DNA of 56,208 bases, taken from Alphaproteobacteria bacterium. GTDB lineage: Bacteria; Pseudomonadota; Alphaproteobacteria; GCA-2731375. Each line of letters starts with the position of its first letter. Positions within the stretch are counted from its first letter, which is position 1. The stretch covers positions 1 through 56,208 of the forward strand of contig JBGTSP010000003.1 in assembly GCA_041940205.1 (NCBI GenBank). Direction: 5' to 3'. Shown in pieces: positions 27,456-36,897 of this stretch. Position numbers and translations under genes: made by a program. The notes under the pieces were generated by a model, which saw only the letters and a list, made by a program, of their open reading frames with translations, was not told where the DNA came from and made no database searches.

Positions 27456-28874
27456 TCAGGTCGGCTTGGTCCGGGACCTGCGCCGGCGACGCTGTGGCTG
27501 GGCGTGCGGCTCGCCTTCCGGCTCGCCGTTCCGGGTCGACCAGGACTGCGCCACGCCGATGCCGAGGATCGCCATGTAGGTGATCGCCACGGCGGGTATC
27601 TGCAGCGAGAAGTCGACCAGCGCGTGGGCGGCCACCAGCACCGTCGCCGACAGCGCCACCGCGGGATAGATGGTGTCGCGCTGGCGCCGGCTGAGGCCGC
27701 GGATGCAGATGCCGACAAGCATGGCGAAGATCGCCAGCAGGACCCCGAGCGCCGGCAGGCCCGCTTCCATCGCGAACTCCAGGTAGCTGTTGTGGGCCTT
27801 GTCGATGCCGCTGAGCGAGATCAGGGCCTCGCTGCGGAACGGCCGGAAGGCATTCTCGAAGGTGCCGAGCCCGGTCCCGGTCAGGGGATAGGCGGTGATC
27901 GCCTGCCAGACGTCGCCGTAGAGCTTGAGGCGCCAGTCCAGATCGTCGGCCGAGCTGGCATCGAAGCGGGCCATCGTCGCGCCCCCGGCCAGCGCCAGCA
28001 GCACGGCCACGGCGCCGAAGATCAGCAGCGACAGTCCGCGGGCGGCATTGCCGGCGAAGAAGCGCAGGGCGACCAGGGTGATGATGCCCAGCGTCATGGC
28101 GGCGAAGCCGGCGCGCGAATGGCTGAGCAGGATGGCGCCGGACAGCAGCATCACCCCCGCCATCAGCAGCCAGCCCCGCGCGGCGAACTGCTCGAAATAG
28201 GCGACCCTGTGATCGCGGCGGACATGCGCCTCGTATTCCGCCTCGATCAGCGCCTGCATCAGCAGGCCGATGGTCACCAGCAGTACCAGTCCGGCATAGG
28301 TGGCGAAGGAGTTGCGGTTGACGAAGGTGGCGGACACGCTGTCGCGATAAGCCCAGCGGTCGTACCAGAGGATCATGTTGGCCTCGCTGAGCAGCGACCA
28401 CAGGCCGTAGACCGCATAGCCCAGGCCGGCCAGCGCCAGGCACCACAGGAACCGCCGGGCGCGCTGCCGGTCGCGGCCGAGCTGGCAGGCCAGCAGGAAG
28501 ACGCCGCCATAGGCGAGGAACCGCATCGCCCCGTCGACGGTGGCCTCGGGCGACAGGCTGATGGCGCCGGCGAGCGGCCGGTCCATCGCCGCGGCGGCGG
28601 CGGCCCAGTCGGGATGATGCCAGGCCGAAGGCAGGAAGGGGGCGGTCTGCAGGAAGAACCAGGCGATCAGGCCCGCGAACAGGACCAGCGGGCCGCGCAG
28701 GCGGTGCAGCGACAGCGGCTCGTGCGGGGTCAGGCGTCCGGCCACCACCCAGCCGAGCAGCAGCACGCCGACCAGCACCGCCATTGCCGCCCAAAGGCCG
28801 GGGCGGTTGCCGCCGAGCGGCAGTGGCGCCAGGGCGACCAGGAAGACGAACAGCCAGTACAGGACCGCGGACAT
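27456..28874 (-). CDS. O-antigen ligase/Wzy_C family membrane protein
   Basis: Multi-TM. FVNRNSFA, SHSRAG, GTGLGTF, AHNSYLE and HALVDFSLQIP. Confidence 0.9.
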   Translation of the reverse strand: MSAVLYWLFVFLVALAPLPLGGNRPGLWAAMAVLVGVLLLGWVVAGRLTPHEPLSLHRLRGPLVLFAGLIAWFFLQTAPFLPSAWHHPDWAAAAAAMDRPLAGAISLSPEATVDGAMRFLAYGGVFLLACQLGRDRQRARRFLWCLALAGLGYAVYGLWSLLSEANMILWYDRWAYRDSVSATFVNRNSFATYAGLVLLVTIGLLMQALIEAEYEAHVRRDHRVAYFEQFAARGWLLMAGVMLLSGAILLSHSRAGFAAMTLGIITLVALRFFAGNAARGLSLLIFGAVAVLLALAGGATMARFDASSADDLDWRLKLYGDVWQAITAYPLTGTGLGTFENAFRPFRSEALISLSGIDKAHNSYLEFAMEAGLPALGVLLAIFAMLVGICIRGLSRRQRDTIYPAVALSATVLVAAHALVDFSLQIPAVAITYMAILGIGVAQSWSTRNGEPEGEPHAQPQRRRRRSRTKPT

Positions 28875-28954
28875 CGGCGGTCAGGGGGCGGAAGCGCGTC
28901 GGGGGGTCATGCAGGAGGGCTCCGCGATAGGGCCACGGCCGCGTCGGGGCGGGC

Positions 28955-30379
28955 TCAGTAGGCGTTTTCGTGCACGAACCCGACGAACAGGGTCAGGAAG
29001 ATGATCTTCAGATCCAGCATCAGGGACCAGTTTTCAATGTAGTAGAGATCGTACTCGACGCGTTTCTCCATTTTTTCGAGCGTTTCCGTCTCGCCGCGAT
29101 AGCCGTGGATCTGCGCCCAGCCGGTAATGCCGGGCTTCACCCGGTGGCGGCCGAAATACTGGTTGATCACCTCGCCGTACTGCTGGTTGTGCGCCACGGC
29201 GTGCGGTCGCGGTCCGACGATCGACATGCTGCCCTCGAGCACGTTGAGGAATTGCGGCAGTTCATCGAGGCTGGTGCGCCGCAGGAAACGGCCGACCGCG
29301 GTGATGCGCGGGTCGTGGCGCTGGGCCTGCGGCGTCCCCTGCTCGGCATCGGGCACGCGGCCGTGATACATCGAACGGAACTTCAGCACGGTGATCAGGT
29401 TGTTGTTGAAGCCGTAGCGCTGCTGGCGGAACAGCACGGGACCGCTGCTCTCCAGCTTGATCGCCAGCGCGATCAGCAGCATCAGCGGCGAGACCAGCAG
29501 CAGGATCAGCGCCGCCAGCACCCGGTCCTCGATTTCCTTGAGCACGTAGTTCCAGCCGGTCAGCGGGCGCTCGAACACGGTGATCATCGGCACGCCGGCG
29601 GTGTAGTCGATGCGGCGCTCGAACAGGCGGAAGCCGATATCCTCGGGGCAGAGCTGCAGGTCGACTGGGCACTGGCGCAGCTTGTTGATGATCTGCACCA
29701 GCCGGTTCTCGGCGGTCCAGGGCAGGGCGATGATCACCTGGTCGATCCGCTTCCTGCGGGACTGCTCGATCAGGTCGTCGACGCTGCCGAGGATCGGCAC
29801 GCCCTCGATGTCGTGCGCGGGAATGCGCGTCGTGCGGTCGTCGAACAGGCCGATCAGGTTGAACCCGCCGCTCTCGCTCTGGGCCAGCAGGTGCTCGATC
29901 AGCCGCCGACCGTGCGCCCCGGCGCCGACGATCGCGACGTTGCGGTTGAGCTGGCCCTGGGCGCGCCAGCGCATCAGGCTGATCTTCAACCAGATCCGGA
30001 CCAGGGCGAAACCGGCGAGACTGGCGGCGAACCAGGTCGCCGCCCAGACGCGCGAGAAGTCCTCGCCGGTCTTGGTGAAGAACATCATCGCGATCAGCAG
30101 CATGCCGACGGCGCCCCAGGCGGGCAGCAGCAGGCCGAGCTGGCGAAACAGCCGGTCCAGCACCGAGAACATGTAGAGGCGGGAGAAGTGGAAGATCTGG
30201 GCCGTCAGCAGGGCCGCGATGGCCAGCGCCAGCCAGTAGCGTTCGGGCAGTTCGGTGAACCCGTGGCGCCAGAAATAGGCGGCGACGCCACAGACAACGA
30301 CCATGGCGATATCGCCGAACCGCAACAATCCGAGCAGGACCGTCGGCGAACGCGTGAATATTGAACCCTGTCCCTCCAT
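28955..30379 (-). CDS. wcaJ: Undecaprenyl-phosphate glucose phosphotransferase (WcaJ/GumD-like)
   Basis: Four N-terminal TMs, [26 protein letters not shown] and KPGITGWAQ. Confidence 0.92.
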   Translation of the reverse strand: MEGQGSIFTRSPTVLLGLLRFGDIAMVVVCGVAAYFWRHGFTELPERYWLALAIAALLTAQIFHFSRLYMFSVLDRLFRQLGLLLPAWGAVGMLLIAMMFFTKTGEDFSRVWAATWFAASLAGFALVRIWLKISLMRWRAQGQLNRNVAIVGAGAHGRRLIEHLLAQSESGGFNLIGLFDDRTTRIPAHDIEGVPILGSVDDLIEQSRRKRIDQVIIALPWTAENRLVQIINKLRQCPVDLQLCPEDIGFRLFERRIDYTAGVPMITVFERPLTGWNYVLKEIEDRVLAALILLLVSPLMLLIALAIKLESSGPVLFRQQRYGFNNNLITVLKFRSMYHGRVPDAEQGTPQAQRHDPRITAVGRFLRRTSLDELPQFLNVLEGSMSIVGPRPHAVAHNQQYGEVINQYFGRHRVKPGITGWAQIHGYRGETETLEKMEKRVEYDLYYIENWSLMLDLKIIFLTLFVGFVHENAY

Positions 30380-30472
30380 CGCGAGACATAAACTATTGAT
30401 ATGAATAGTATTATTCAACGACCAATGCGGTCGCGCCGGAGCTCCTGAATCGACCCGGGACGAACCGGCGTC

Positions 30473-31138
30473 TTACTGCGCGGGGCGGTGCAGCCACCAG
30501 CCGCCCTCGTTCAGCGAATAGATCGGGCGATAGTGTCGGATGGTCTGTTCGGAGACGATCTGGCTGATCTGGTTGTCCAGGATCAGGGCGCCGCGGTTGG
30601 TGTAGACCGCCAGCACGGCGTGCGGCGCCTTCAGGTTCAGGTCCTGCAGGATGACGATGCGCAGATACTTGTCCGGCACGCCGAGCCGGCGCAGCGTCAG
30701 ATACTTGGCGATCGCGTAGTCCTCGCAGTCGCCGTGCTTGGCGAAGAACTGGCCCGGCGTCGCCCAGTGGTCCTTCACGCCCCAGTTGATCGGGTCGACC
30801 ACGTAGCGGTGGGTGTTCATGAAGCTGTTGACGCCTTTCAGCTTGGCCGCCAGCGACTGTTCCTTCAGTTCGGCGATCAGGGCTTCCCACTTGCGGGCGT
30901 GGCAGGCATTGAAACTGCGCTCGCGGCAGTCGCCCTCGCGCAGGCTGGCCTGCCGGAAATGGCGTTCGAGGGCGTCGGTCCACTTGCCGAACGGCTTGAG
31001 GTTCTTGTTGTGCACCTCGGTGCTGCGGAACAGGCCCGCTCTTTCGGCCTTCTTCGCCCGTCCGTCGCCGGCGGCCGCGAGAAGGCAGGCGGCGGCAAGC
31101 AGGATCGCAAGGACGGGTCTGGAGCTGGCGGCGGCCAT
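30473..31138 (-). CDS. Transglutaminase-like cysteine peptidase (BTLCP, LapG-like)
   Basis: Signal peptide, DPINWGVKDHWATP, GDCEDYAIAKY (Cys), HAVLAV (His) and LILDN (Asp). Confidence 0.92.
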   Translation of the reverse strand: MAAASSRPVLAILLAAACLLAAAGDGRAKKAERAGLFRSTEVHNKNLKPFGKWTDALERHFRQASLREGDCRERSFNACHARKWEALIAELKEQSLAAKLKGVNSFMNTHRYVVDPINWGVKDHWATPGQFFAKHGDCEDYAIAKYLTLRRLGVPDKYLRIVILQDLNLKAPHAVLAVYTNRGALILDNQISQIVSEQTIRHYRPIYSLNEGGWWLHRPAQ

Positions 31139-31161
31139 CGGCGAATCTTGTCGGCTTCGCG

Positions 31162-31177
31162 TTAACGCGGTGTGAAC
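31162..31177 (+). promoter_or_regulatory. CtrA-like binding site
   Basis: TTAA-cgcggtg-TGAAC, one mismatch to TTAA-N7-TTAAC, in the divergent intergenic region. Confidence 0.45.
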
Positions 31178-31280
31178 GATTCTGTTCTGGTCTCGCCGGA
31201 ACGCGGCGTGCAGGATTGCCGCGCGGTCCGGGTCGGAAACGGTCTGCGCGCAAGAATAAGACAAACGGATCGGGGTTGCG

Positions 31281-33452
31281 ATGAGCGATCAGGCAATGGA
31301 TGGGGCAGGGGCGAGCGCCGGGGAAAGCGGCGGCACCCAGGCCGTCGAACGGCGTGCCAGGCGCTCGACCTTCATCGTTCTCGGCCTGCTGGCGCTGCTG
31401 GCCCTGGCCTCGGCGTTCGGCATCTTCCGCTTCGTCGAGAACGAGCGCGAACGCACCCGGCTCGACTGGCAGGTCCGCCTCGGCATCGTCGCGGACAGCC
31501 GGGTCGCCGCGGTGCGCGAGAATGTCGGCCGCGCCCGCGCGGTGGTGCGCGATCTCGCGGACAATGTCTCGCTGCAGCTCTTCCTCACGGAACTCTCGCT
31601 GACCGGCGATCTCGAACAGGTGACCGACCGCGAAGGCCAGCAGGACTATCTGCGCAACCTGCTTGTCCTTACCGCCCGGCAGTCCGGTTTCGTCGCCGAG
31701 GATTCCGGGCCAGAGATTGCCGCCAACGTGGAGCGTCGCGCCGGATCGGGCCTGGTGTTCCTGGCCGCCGACGGCCGGGCGCTGGTCGCCAGCGAGCGCA
31801 TGCCGCCGTTCGAACCGGTTCTCGCCGCCCTGCGCGAAAGCACCCCGGCCGGCGCGCCGGGCTTTCTCGATGTGTTCGCGGGCCATGACGAGCGCCCGGC
31901 CGTCGCCTTTCTCGAACCGGTCTATTCGGTGCAGGGCGACCGCAGCGCCTCGGACGTGGTCGGCTACGTGCTTGGCATCCGCCAGCTCGACGCGCGCTTC
32001 TTCGAGGCGCTGCGCCAGCCCGGCGAAGTGCTGCAGAGCGCCGAGAGCCTGCTCATTCGCGCCGAGGGCGGGCTGGTGCGCTACCTGTCGCCGCTGGCCG
32101 ACGGTACGGCGGCCTTCCAGCGCACCCTGAGCCGCAAGACCGAGAATCTCGCGGCGGCCGCCCTGCTGGAGGATCCCGGCGGGTTCGGCCTCTATCTCGA
32201 CTATCGCGGCACCGAAGTGCTGGCGACCGCGCGCGCGGTGCCCGGCCTGCCCTGGCTGCTGTTGCGCAAGGTCGATCGCAGCGAGGCGCTGGGCGCCAGC
32301 GACAGGCGTCTGAGCGTGCTGCTGACCGGGCTGCTGCTCGGCCTCGCGGTGCTGGTGCTCGCCGTGCTCGGCCTGTGGCGCCACGGTACCTCGCTGCGCG
32401 CCGCGCAATCGGCCGAGCGGCAGCGCCAGTCGAGCGCCCGGCTCGCGGAACTGTCCAGTTTCCTGCAGGCGGTGAGCGACGGTCAGCCGACCGCGACCAT
32501 CGCGGTGGACCGCGGTGGCGCGATCAGCTTCGCCAACCGCATGGCGGGCGTGCTGGGCGCCGTGGAGGCCGGCGAGCTGACCGGCAAGAGCCTGACCAGC
32601 GCCTTCGGGCCGCGGCTGGGCGACCGGCTGCACAAGCTCAATGGCGAGGCGCTGGTCCACGGCATGCGCGAGGAGACCAACGAGATGGTGTTGCCCGACG
32701 GGCGCACCCGCCTGCTGCGCTCGACCCACATTCCGCTGCCCGATGCCGCCGGCGAACGCGCGGCGGTATTGCTGGTGCTGGACGACGTCACGAGTTTCGT
32801 CGAGGAGCGCGAGGCGCGCGAGCGGATCATGCGCCAGCTCATCGAGACCCTGGTCACCATCGTCGATCGGCGTGATCCCTTCTCCGCGCACCATTCCGCG
32901 CGGGTCTCGGAAGTGGCACGGGAGATCGCCGACGAGATGTCCCTCGACGAGGACGAGGTCCGCTGCACCGACATCGCCGGCGCGCTGATGAATCTGGGCA
33001 AGGTCTTCGTGCCCCGCGAGGTGCTGACCAAGACCGGCATCCTCAGCGACGCCGAACTTGCCCAGGTGCGCGACAGCATCCTGACCAGTGCGGAGCTGAT
33101 CCAGCAGATCGATTTCGGCATGCCGGTGGCCGACACGATCCGGCAGATCCAGGAACGCTGGGACGGCAGCGGCAGTCCGAACGGGCTTGCCGGCGAGAAG
33201 ATCCTGCAGTCCGCCCGGATCCTGGCCGTCGCCAACGCCTTCGTCGCCATGGTCTCGGCCCGCTCCTGGCGGGCCGGCCTGGATTTCGACCGCGCCGCGG
33301 CGGCGCTGATGGAGCAGAGCGGCAGCGCCTTCGACCGCCGGCCCGTCAGCGCGCTCCTGAACCTGCTCGACAATCGCGGTTTCCGCGACAACTGGGAACA
33401 TTTCTCGACCCCGCCGAAGGACGGGGAGCGGGATTCGGTTTCGCCCGACTGA
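31281..33452 (+). CDS. Membrane-bound sensor: TM - periplasmic Cache-like domain - TM - PAS-like - degenerate HD-GYP
   Basis: HSARVS, ALMNLGK, IQERWDGSGSP, ARILAVANAFVAM and FD motifs. Two TMs flank an approximately 290-aa periplasmic region. Confidence 0.85.
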   Translation: MSDQAMDGAGASAGESGGTQAVERRARRSTFIVLGLLALLALASAFGIFRFVENERERTRLDWQVRLGIVADSRVAAVRENVGRARAVVRDLADNVSLQLFLTELSLTGDLEQVTDREGQQDYLRNLLVLTARQSGFVAEDSGPEIAANVERRAGSGLVFLAADGRALVASERMPPFEPVLAALRESTPAGAPGFLDVFAGHDERPAVAFLEPVYSVQGDRSASDVVGYVLGIRQLDARFFEALRQPGEVLQSAESLLIRAEGGLVRYLSPLADGTAAFQRTLSRKTENLAAAALLEDPGGFGLYLDYRGTEVLATARAVPGLPWLLLRKVDRSEALGASDRRLSVLLTGLLLGLAVLVLAVLGLWRHGTSLRAAQSAERQRQSSARLAELSSFLQAVSDGQPTATIAVDRGGAISFANRMAGVLGAVEAGELTGKSLTSAFGPRLGDRLHKLNGEALVHGMREETNEMVLPDGRTRLLRSTHIPLPDAAGERAAVLLVLDDVTSFVEEREARERIMRQLIETLVTIVDRRDPFSAHHSARVSEVAREIADEMSLDEDEVRCTDIAGALMNLGKVFVPREVLTKTGILSDAELAQVRDSILTSAELIQQIDFGMPVADTIRQIQERWDGSGSPNGLAGEKILQSARILAVANAFVAMVSARSWRAGLDFDRAAAALMEQSGSAFDRRPVSALLNLLDNRGFRDNWEHFSTPPKDGERDSVSPD

Positions 33453-33525
33453 CTTGGAAAAAAAGCGTGGCGATCCGTGCCGTCGCCCGGGTGCATGATC
33501 GCTCCGGCGCGGATATAAGGCCCTC

Positions 33526-34272
33526 ATGTTCAAGTGGCTCTGGGGCGGCAGGAAGGCGGCGGTGCGCGGGCCCGGGGATTGCCGCGTCTATGCCATTGGC
33601 GACATTCACGGCCGCGTCGACCTGCTGGACGAACTGCACCGCATGATCGCCGCCGACGCGGCGAACGCGCGGGACGAACGCCTGATCGTCTATCTCGGCG
33701 ACTATATCGACCGCGGCCTGCACAGCCGCGAGGTGGTCGACCGCTTGATCGCCGGGCCGCCCGCCGGCTTCGCCGCGGTGCACCTGATGGGCAATCACGA
33801 GGACATGCTGCTCGACTTCGTCGAGACCACCGAAGGCGGCGTGAACTGGCTGCACAACGGCGGCAACACGACGCTGCATTCCTACGGCGTCGCCCTGCCG
33901 GCAAATCCGCGCGAGGACGAGGACCTGGTGCAGGCGCGGCTCGATTTCCTCGAGGCCTTGCCGGAGCGACATCTCGCCTTCTATCGCGGGCTCAGGCTGA
34001 CCCATGTCGAGGGCGACTATCTGTTCGTGCATGCCGGCGTCCGGCCCGGCGTGCCGCTGGAAAAGCAGGATCCCGACGACCTGATCTGGATCCGCAACAG
34101 TTTCCTGAATTCCACCGCGGATCACGGCTACTGCGTCGTGCACGGCCATTCGATCAGCAACGAGGTGGACGACCGTCCGAACCGGATCGGCATCGACACC
34201 GGGGCCTATGCCACCGGCCAGCTCACCGCGCTGGCGATCGACGGCGAGAATTCCTGGTTCCTGCAGACCTGA
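33526..34272 (+). CDS. Metallophosphoesterase (PPP-family Ser/Thr/Tyr phosphatase)
   Basis: GDIHG, GDYIDRG, GNHE, HAG, HGH and IDTG motifs. Confidence 0.92.
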   Translation: MFKWLWGGRKAAVRGPGDCRVYAIGDIHGRVDLLDELHRMIAADAANARDERLIVYLGDYIDRGLHSREVVDRLIAGPPAGFAAVHLMGNHEDMLLDFVETTEGGVNWLHNGGNTTLHSYGVALPANPREDEDLVQARLDFLEALPERHLAFYRGLRLTHVEGDYLFVHAGVRPGVPLEKQDPDDLIWIRNSFLNSTADHGYCVVHGHSISNEVDDRPNRIGIDTGAYATGQLTALAIDGENSWFLQT

Positions 34273-34287
34273 CCGGTACTCCCGGCC

Positions 34288-35499
34288 TCACTCGGTCTCC
34301 GGCAGGTCCTTCACGCCGTAGGCCAGGGTCTGGTCGCCGCCGACCCGGCGGTTGATGAACGGCCGGCGCCACTTCAGGAACTTCACCATCCGGGGGTTCT
34401 CGAACCGGGCGTAATAGGGTTCCATCCAGTCCAGCGCCGCGGAGCAGACGAAGCACATCAGCTGGCGATACTTGCTGTACTGCATGTGGGTCTCGACATC
34501 CTCGATGCCGTCGAGCACGAACCCGACCAGGTCGTGAATGTCGTTGCCGTCGATTTCCATGCCGTAGAGATCGACGCCGTTCGCCTCGGCGATCTCGGCC
34601 ATCAGCACGAGCGGTTCGAGCGCGAAATTGTGATAGTCCAGCGAACGCCAGCCGCGCTTCATTTCCCGCGGCAGCTTGCCGCCGGCCTGCATCTGCGCCA
34701 TCGCCAGGCGGTAGCGGCCGACACCGAAGTCGAACAGCACCTTCTGGTTCAGCACCACGCCGTTCAGCATCGCCGTCAGGCCTTCCCAGTAGGCGTGGTT
34801 GTTGTACTCGGCGTGGGTGTTCAGCGAACGCGACGAGAGATTGCCGATCCACTGCAGCACCCGCTTCGTCTTGGCGGGATCGAGCCCGTCATGATCGCGG
34901 ATCTTCAGCCAGACCCAGGCGATCGTGCCCGAGAACCAGCGGCGCTCGACCTTGCCCGCATGGTTCTTGGGATCGCCATGCACCATGGCGCCCTTGCTGC
35001 CCCAGGCATGCAGCCAGTCGAGCACGCAGGCGGCGATGCGGCCGGAAGCCGGCTGCACCAGGACATATTCGTCGGACAGCGCGACCAGCATGTCGAGATA
35101 GTAGTAGAGCGGCCGGATTCGCCGGTACCAACCCGAACGGTTGCGGTCGAAGTCCGGCGGCTCGAGAAACTTGATCGCCTGGGGGACCTGCGGGCATTCG
35201 AACTCGCCGGTGAACTGGTAGCCGAACAGGTTCCGGCGTTCGGAGATGTCGATCGGTCCGCGCAGACGGTCGGCGGCGGCCAGAAGCTTCTCGTTGTAGT
35301 AGTGCTCCTGCGGCTCGATATCGACGATGTACTTCTTCTCGATCTCGCTGAGTTCGTTGGCCGCCAGCGCCGGCGGTCCGCCGGCCGTCAGGGCCGCGGC
35401 GAGCAGCGCCAGGACGAGGGACAGTCGGGCGATTGCCGCGGCGGGAGCGGGCCGGTGCTGTCGCGGGCGGTCCGGAACTTGCTGGAGTATGGCTTTCAT
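34288..35499 (-). CDS. Periplasmic alginate lyase-family protein (AlgL/PL5-like)
   Basis: Signal peptide, NNHAYW (compare AlgL NNHSYW), SLDYHNFALEPL and RRVGGD. Confidence 0.85.
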   Translation of the reverse strand: MKAILQQVPDRPRQHRPAPAAAIARLSLVLALLAAALTAGGPPALAANELSEIEKKYIVDIEPQEHYYNEKLLAAADRLRGPIDISERRNLFGYQFTGEFECPQVPQAIKFLEPPDFDRNRSGWYRRIRPLYYYLDMLVALSDEYVLVQPASGRIAACVLDWLHAWGSKGAMVHGDPKNHAGKVERRWFSGTIAWVWLKIRDHDGLDPAKTKRVLQWIGNLSSRSLNTHAEYNNHAYWEGLTAMLNGVVLNQKVLFDFGVGRYRLAMAQMQAGGKLPREMKRGWRSLDYHNFALEPLVLMAEIAEANGVDLYGMEIDGNDIHDLVGFVLDGIEDVETHMQYSKYRQLMCFVCSAALDWMEPYYARFENPRMVKFLKWRRPFINRRVGGDQTLAYGVKDLPETE

Positions 35500-35567
35500 C
35501 CTGCCTGTTGTATCGTGCGGGCACGCCGGGTGAATCGCGTACGACCACAGCGTAACGGGACGGCACG

Positions 35568-36896
35568 ATGGCGTTAAGCCAATCCCTGGTGCTGCGTGGC
35601 ATCCTGTTCATCTGTCTCGCCGGCGCCCTGGGCATCGACGAATACGTACCGCAGCTGCCCTTCCTCGAAGGCGCGGCCCTGCTGACGATCCTGACGTTCG
35701 TCTGGCTGTCCCTGACCGTGCCGCTGGGCATCGGCACCTGGGCCAAGGTGGTCGCGATGCCGGCGGTGCTGATCGCCGGCGTGATGGTGACCTATGCCAC
35801 CGTGTTCAGCCTGAACACCGGGGCGCCGACGCTGCCGAGCCTGCTGGCCCTGCGCTTCTTCCTGTTCTTCTTGCTGGCGCCGCTGGTCTATCTCTGCTTC
35901 CTGGCCGGCGTGACCCTGCGGCAGATCAAGGAAGTGCTGTTCGCCGCGCTGATGGTGGCGGCGCTGATCTATGTCGTCGCCTTCCTCGTCCTGCCGCTGG
36001 AGGAATATGCCCGCTCGGCCGATCCCGAGAAACGGCGGCTGGTCACGCTCGATGCCTGGCGGGGCGTGCGGCTGAAGAGCCCGGTGTTCATCTTCGTGCT
36101 GCTGCTGGCCTACAACCTGCGGCGGATGTTCCTGAAGGAACATATCCAGGCGTTGCCGATGGTGCTCTTCGTGCTGGTGATCGTCGGCAGCATCTTCCTG
36201 CTGAACGTGCCGCGGATGCATCTCGCGGCGCTGCTCGCCTCCTGTCTCGGCTATTTCCTGTTCTTCGCCGGCCGCTACCGCCTGCGGGCGACCCTGTTCA
36301 TCACCCCCTTCGTGATCGGCGGGCTGGTATCGATCTCCGGCCTCGTGCTGGATCTGCTGGTCGAGTTCTTCTCCGGCGACGCCTCGCTGGTGGCGCGCTA
36401 TCACTCGATCCAGATCGCCATCCGGGTGTTTCTCGAGAACCCGCTGCTCGGCCAGGGCCAGGCCAGCTACCACTCGGTTTCCTTCCAGCAGCTCTACGGC
36501 ATCGGCTTCTTCCCCTCCGACATCGGCATCATCGGTACGCTGTTCCGGTTCGGCATCGTCGGCGTGGTGCTCTACCTCGCCTGGGGCATCGGCCTGCTCT
36601 CGGGCCTGCTCGGCGTGCACCTCTCCGACTATGTCAACAAGCGCGACCCGGCGGTCTGGGCGCTGCTGTTCACGCTGCTGGCGATGTTCGTGGCCTCGTT
36701 GATCCAGCCGATCCTGATCGATAAGGAGGGCATTCCGATCACCGCGTTCATGTGCGGCATCATCATGATCTACCGCCACCAGTTCCGCGCCCTCGACGCG
36801 CGCCGGCAACTCGCCTCGCGGCATGTGGCGAGCAACCGCCTGCGGCAGTCCCGTCAGGGCCGCAATCCGGCGATGACGCCCGGGCGTCACCGCTGA
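35568..36896 (+). CDS. Putative Wzy polysaccharide polymerase
   Basis: About 11 TMs, a large loop with ENPLLGQG and FPSDIGIIG. First gene of the glycan operon. Confidence 0.7.
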   Translation: MALSQSLVLRGILFICLAGALGIDEYVPQLPFLEGAALLTILTFVWLSLTVPLGIGTWAKVVAMPAVLIAGVMVTYATVFSLNTGAPTLPSLLALRFFLFFLLAPLVYLCFLAGVTLRQIKEVLFAALMVAALIYVVAFLVLPLEEYARSADPEKRRLVTLDAWRGVRLKSPVFIFVLLLAYNLRRMFLKEHIQALPMVLFVLVIVGSIFLLNVPRMHLAALLASCLGYFLFFAGRYRLRATLFITPFVIGGLVSISGLVLDLLVEFFSGDASLVARYHSIQIAIRVFLENPLLGQGQASYHSVSFQQLYGIGFFPSDIGIIGTLFRFGIVGVVLYLAWGIGLLSGLLGVHLSDYVNKRDPAVWALLFTLLAMFVASLIQPILIDKEGIPITAFMCGIIMIYRHQFRALDARRQLASRHVASNRLRQSRQGRNPAMTPGRHR

Positions 36897-36897
36897 C

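Noticed and set aside
33430-33452. HD-GYP protein ends SVSPD, like the VVSPN tail
   Set aside because: This terminus is cytoplasmic, so the match is likely coincidence.
8397-33533. Very long alternative ORFs (8397..11132, 15497..18373, 23965..26655, 30411..33533 and others)
   Set aside because: Antisense or off-frame shadows of well-supported genes, expected in high-GC DNA. They show no family motifs.
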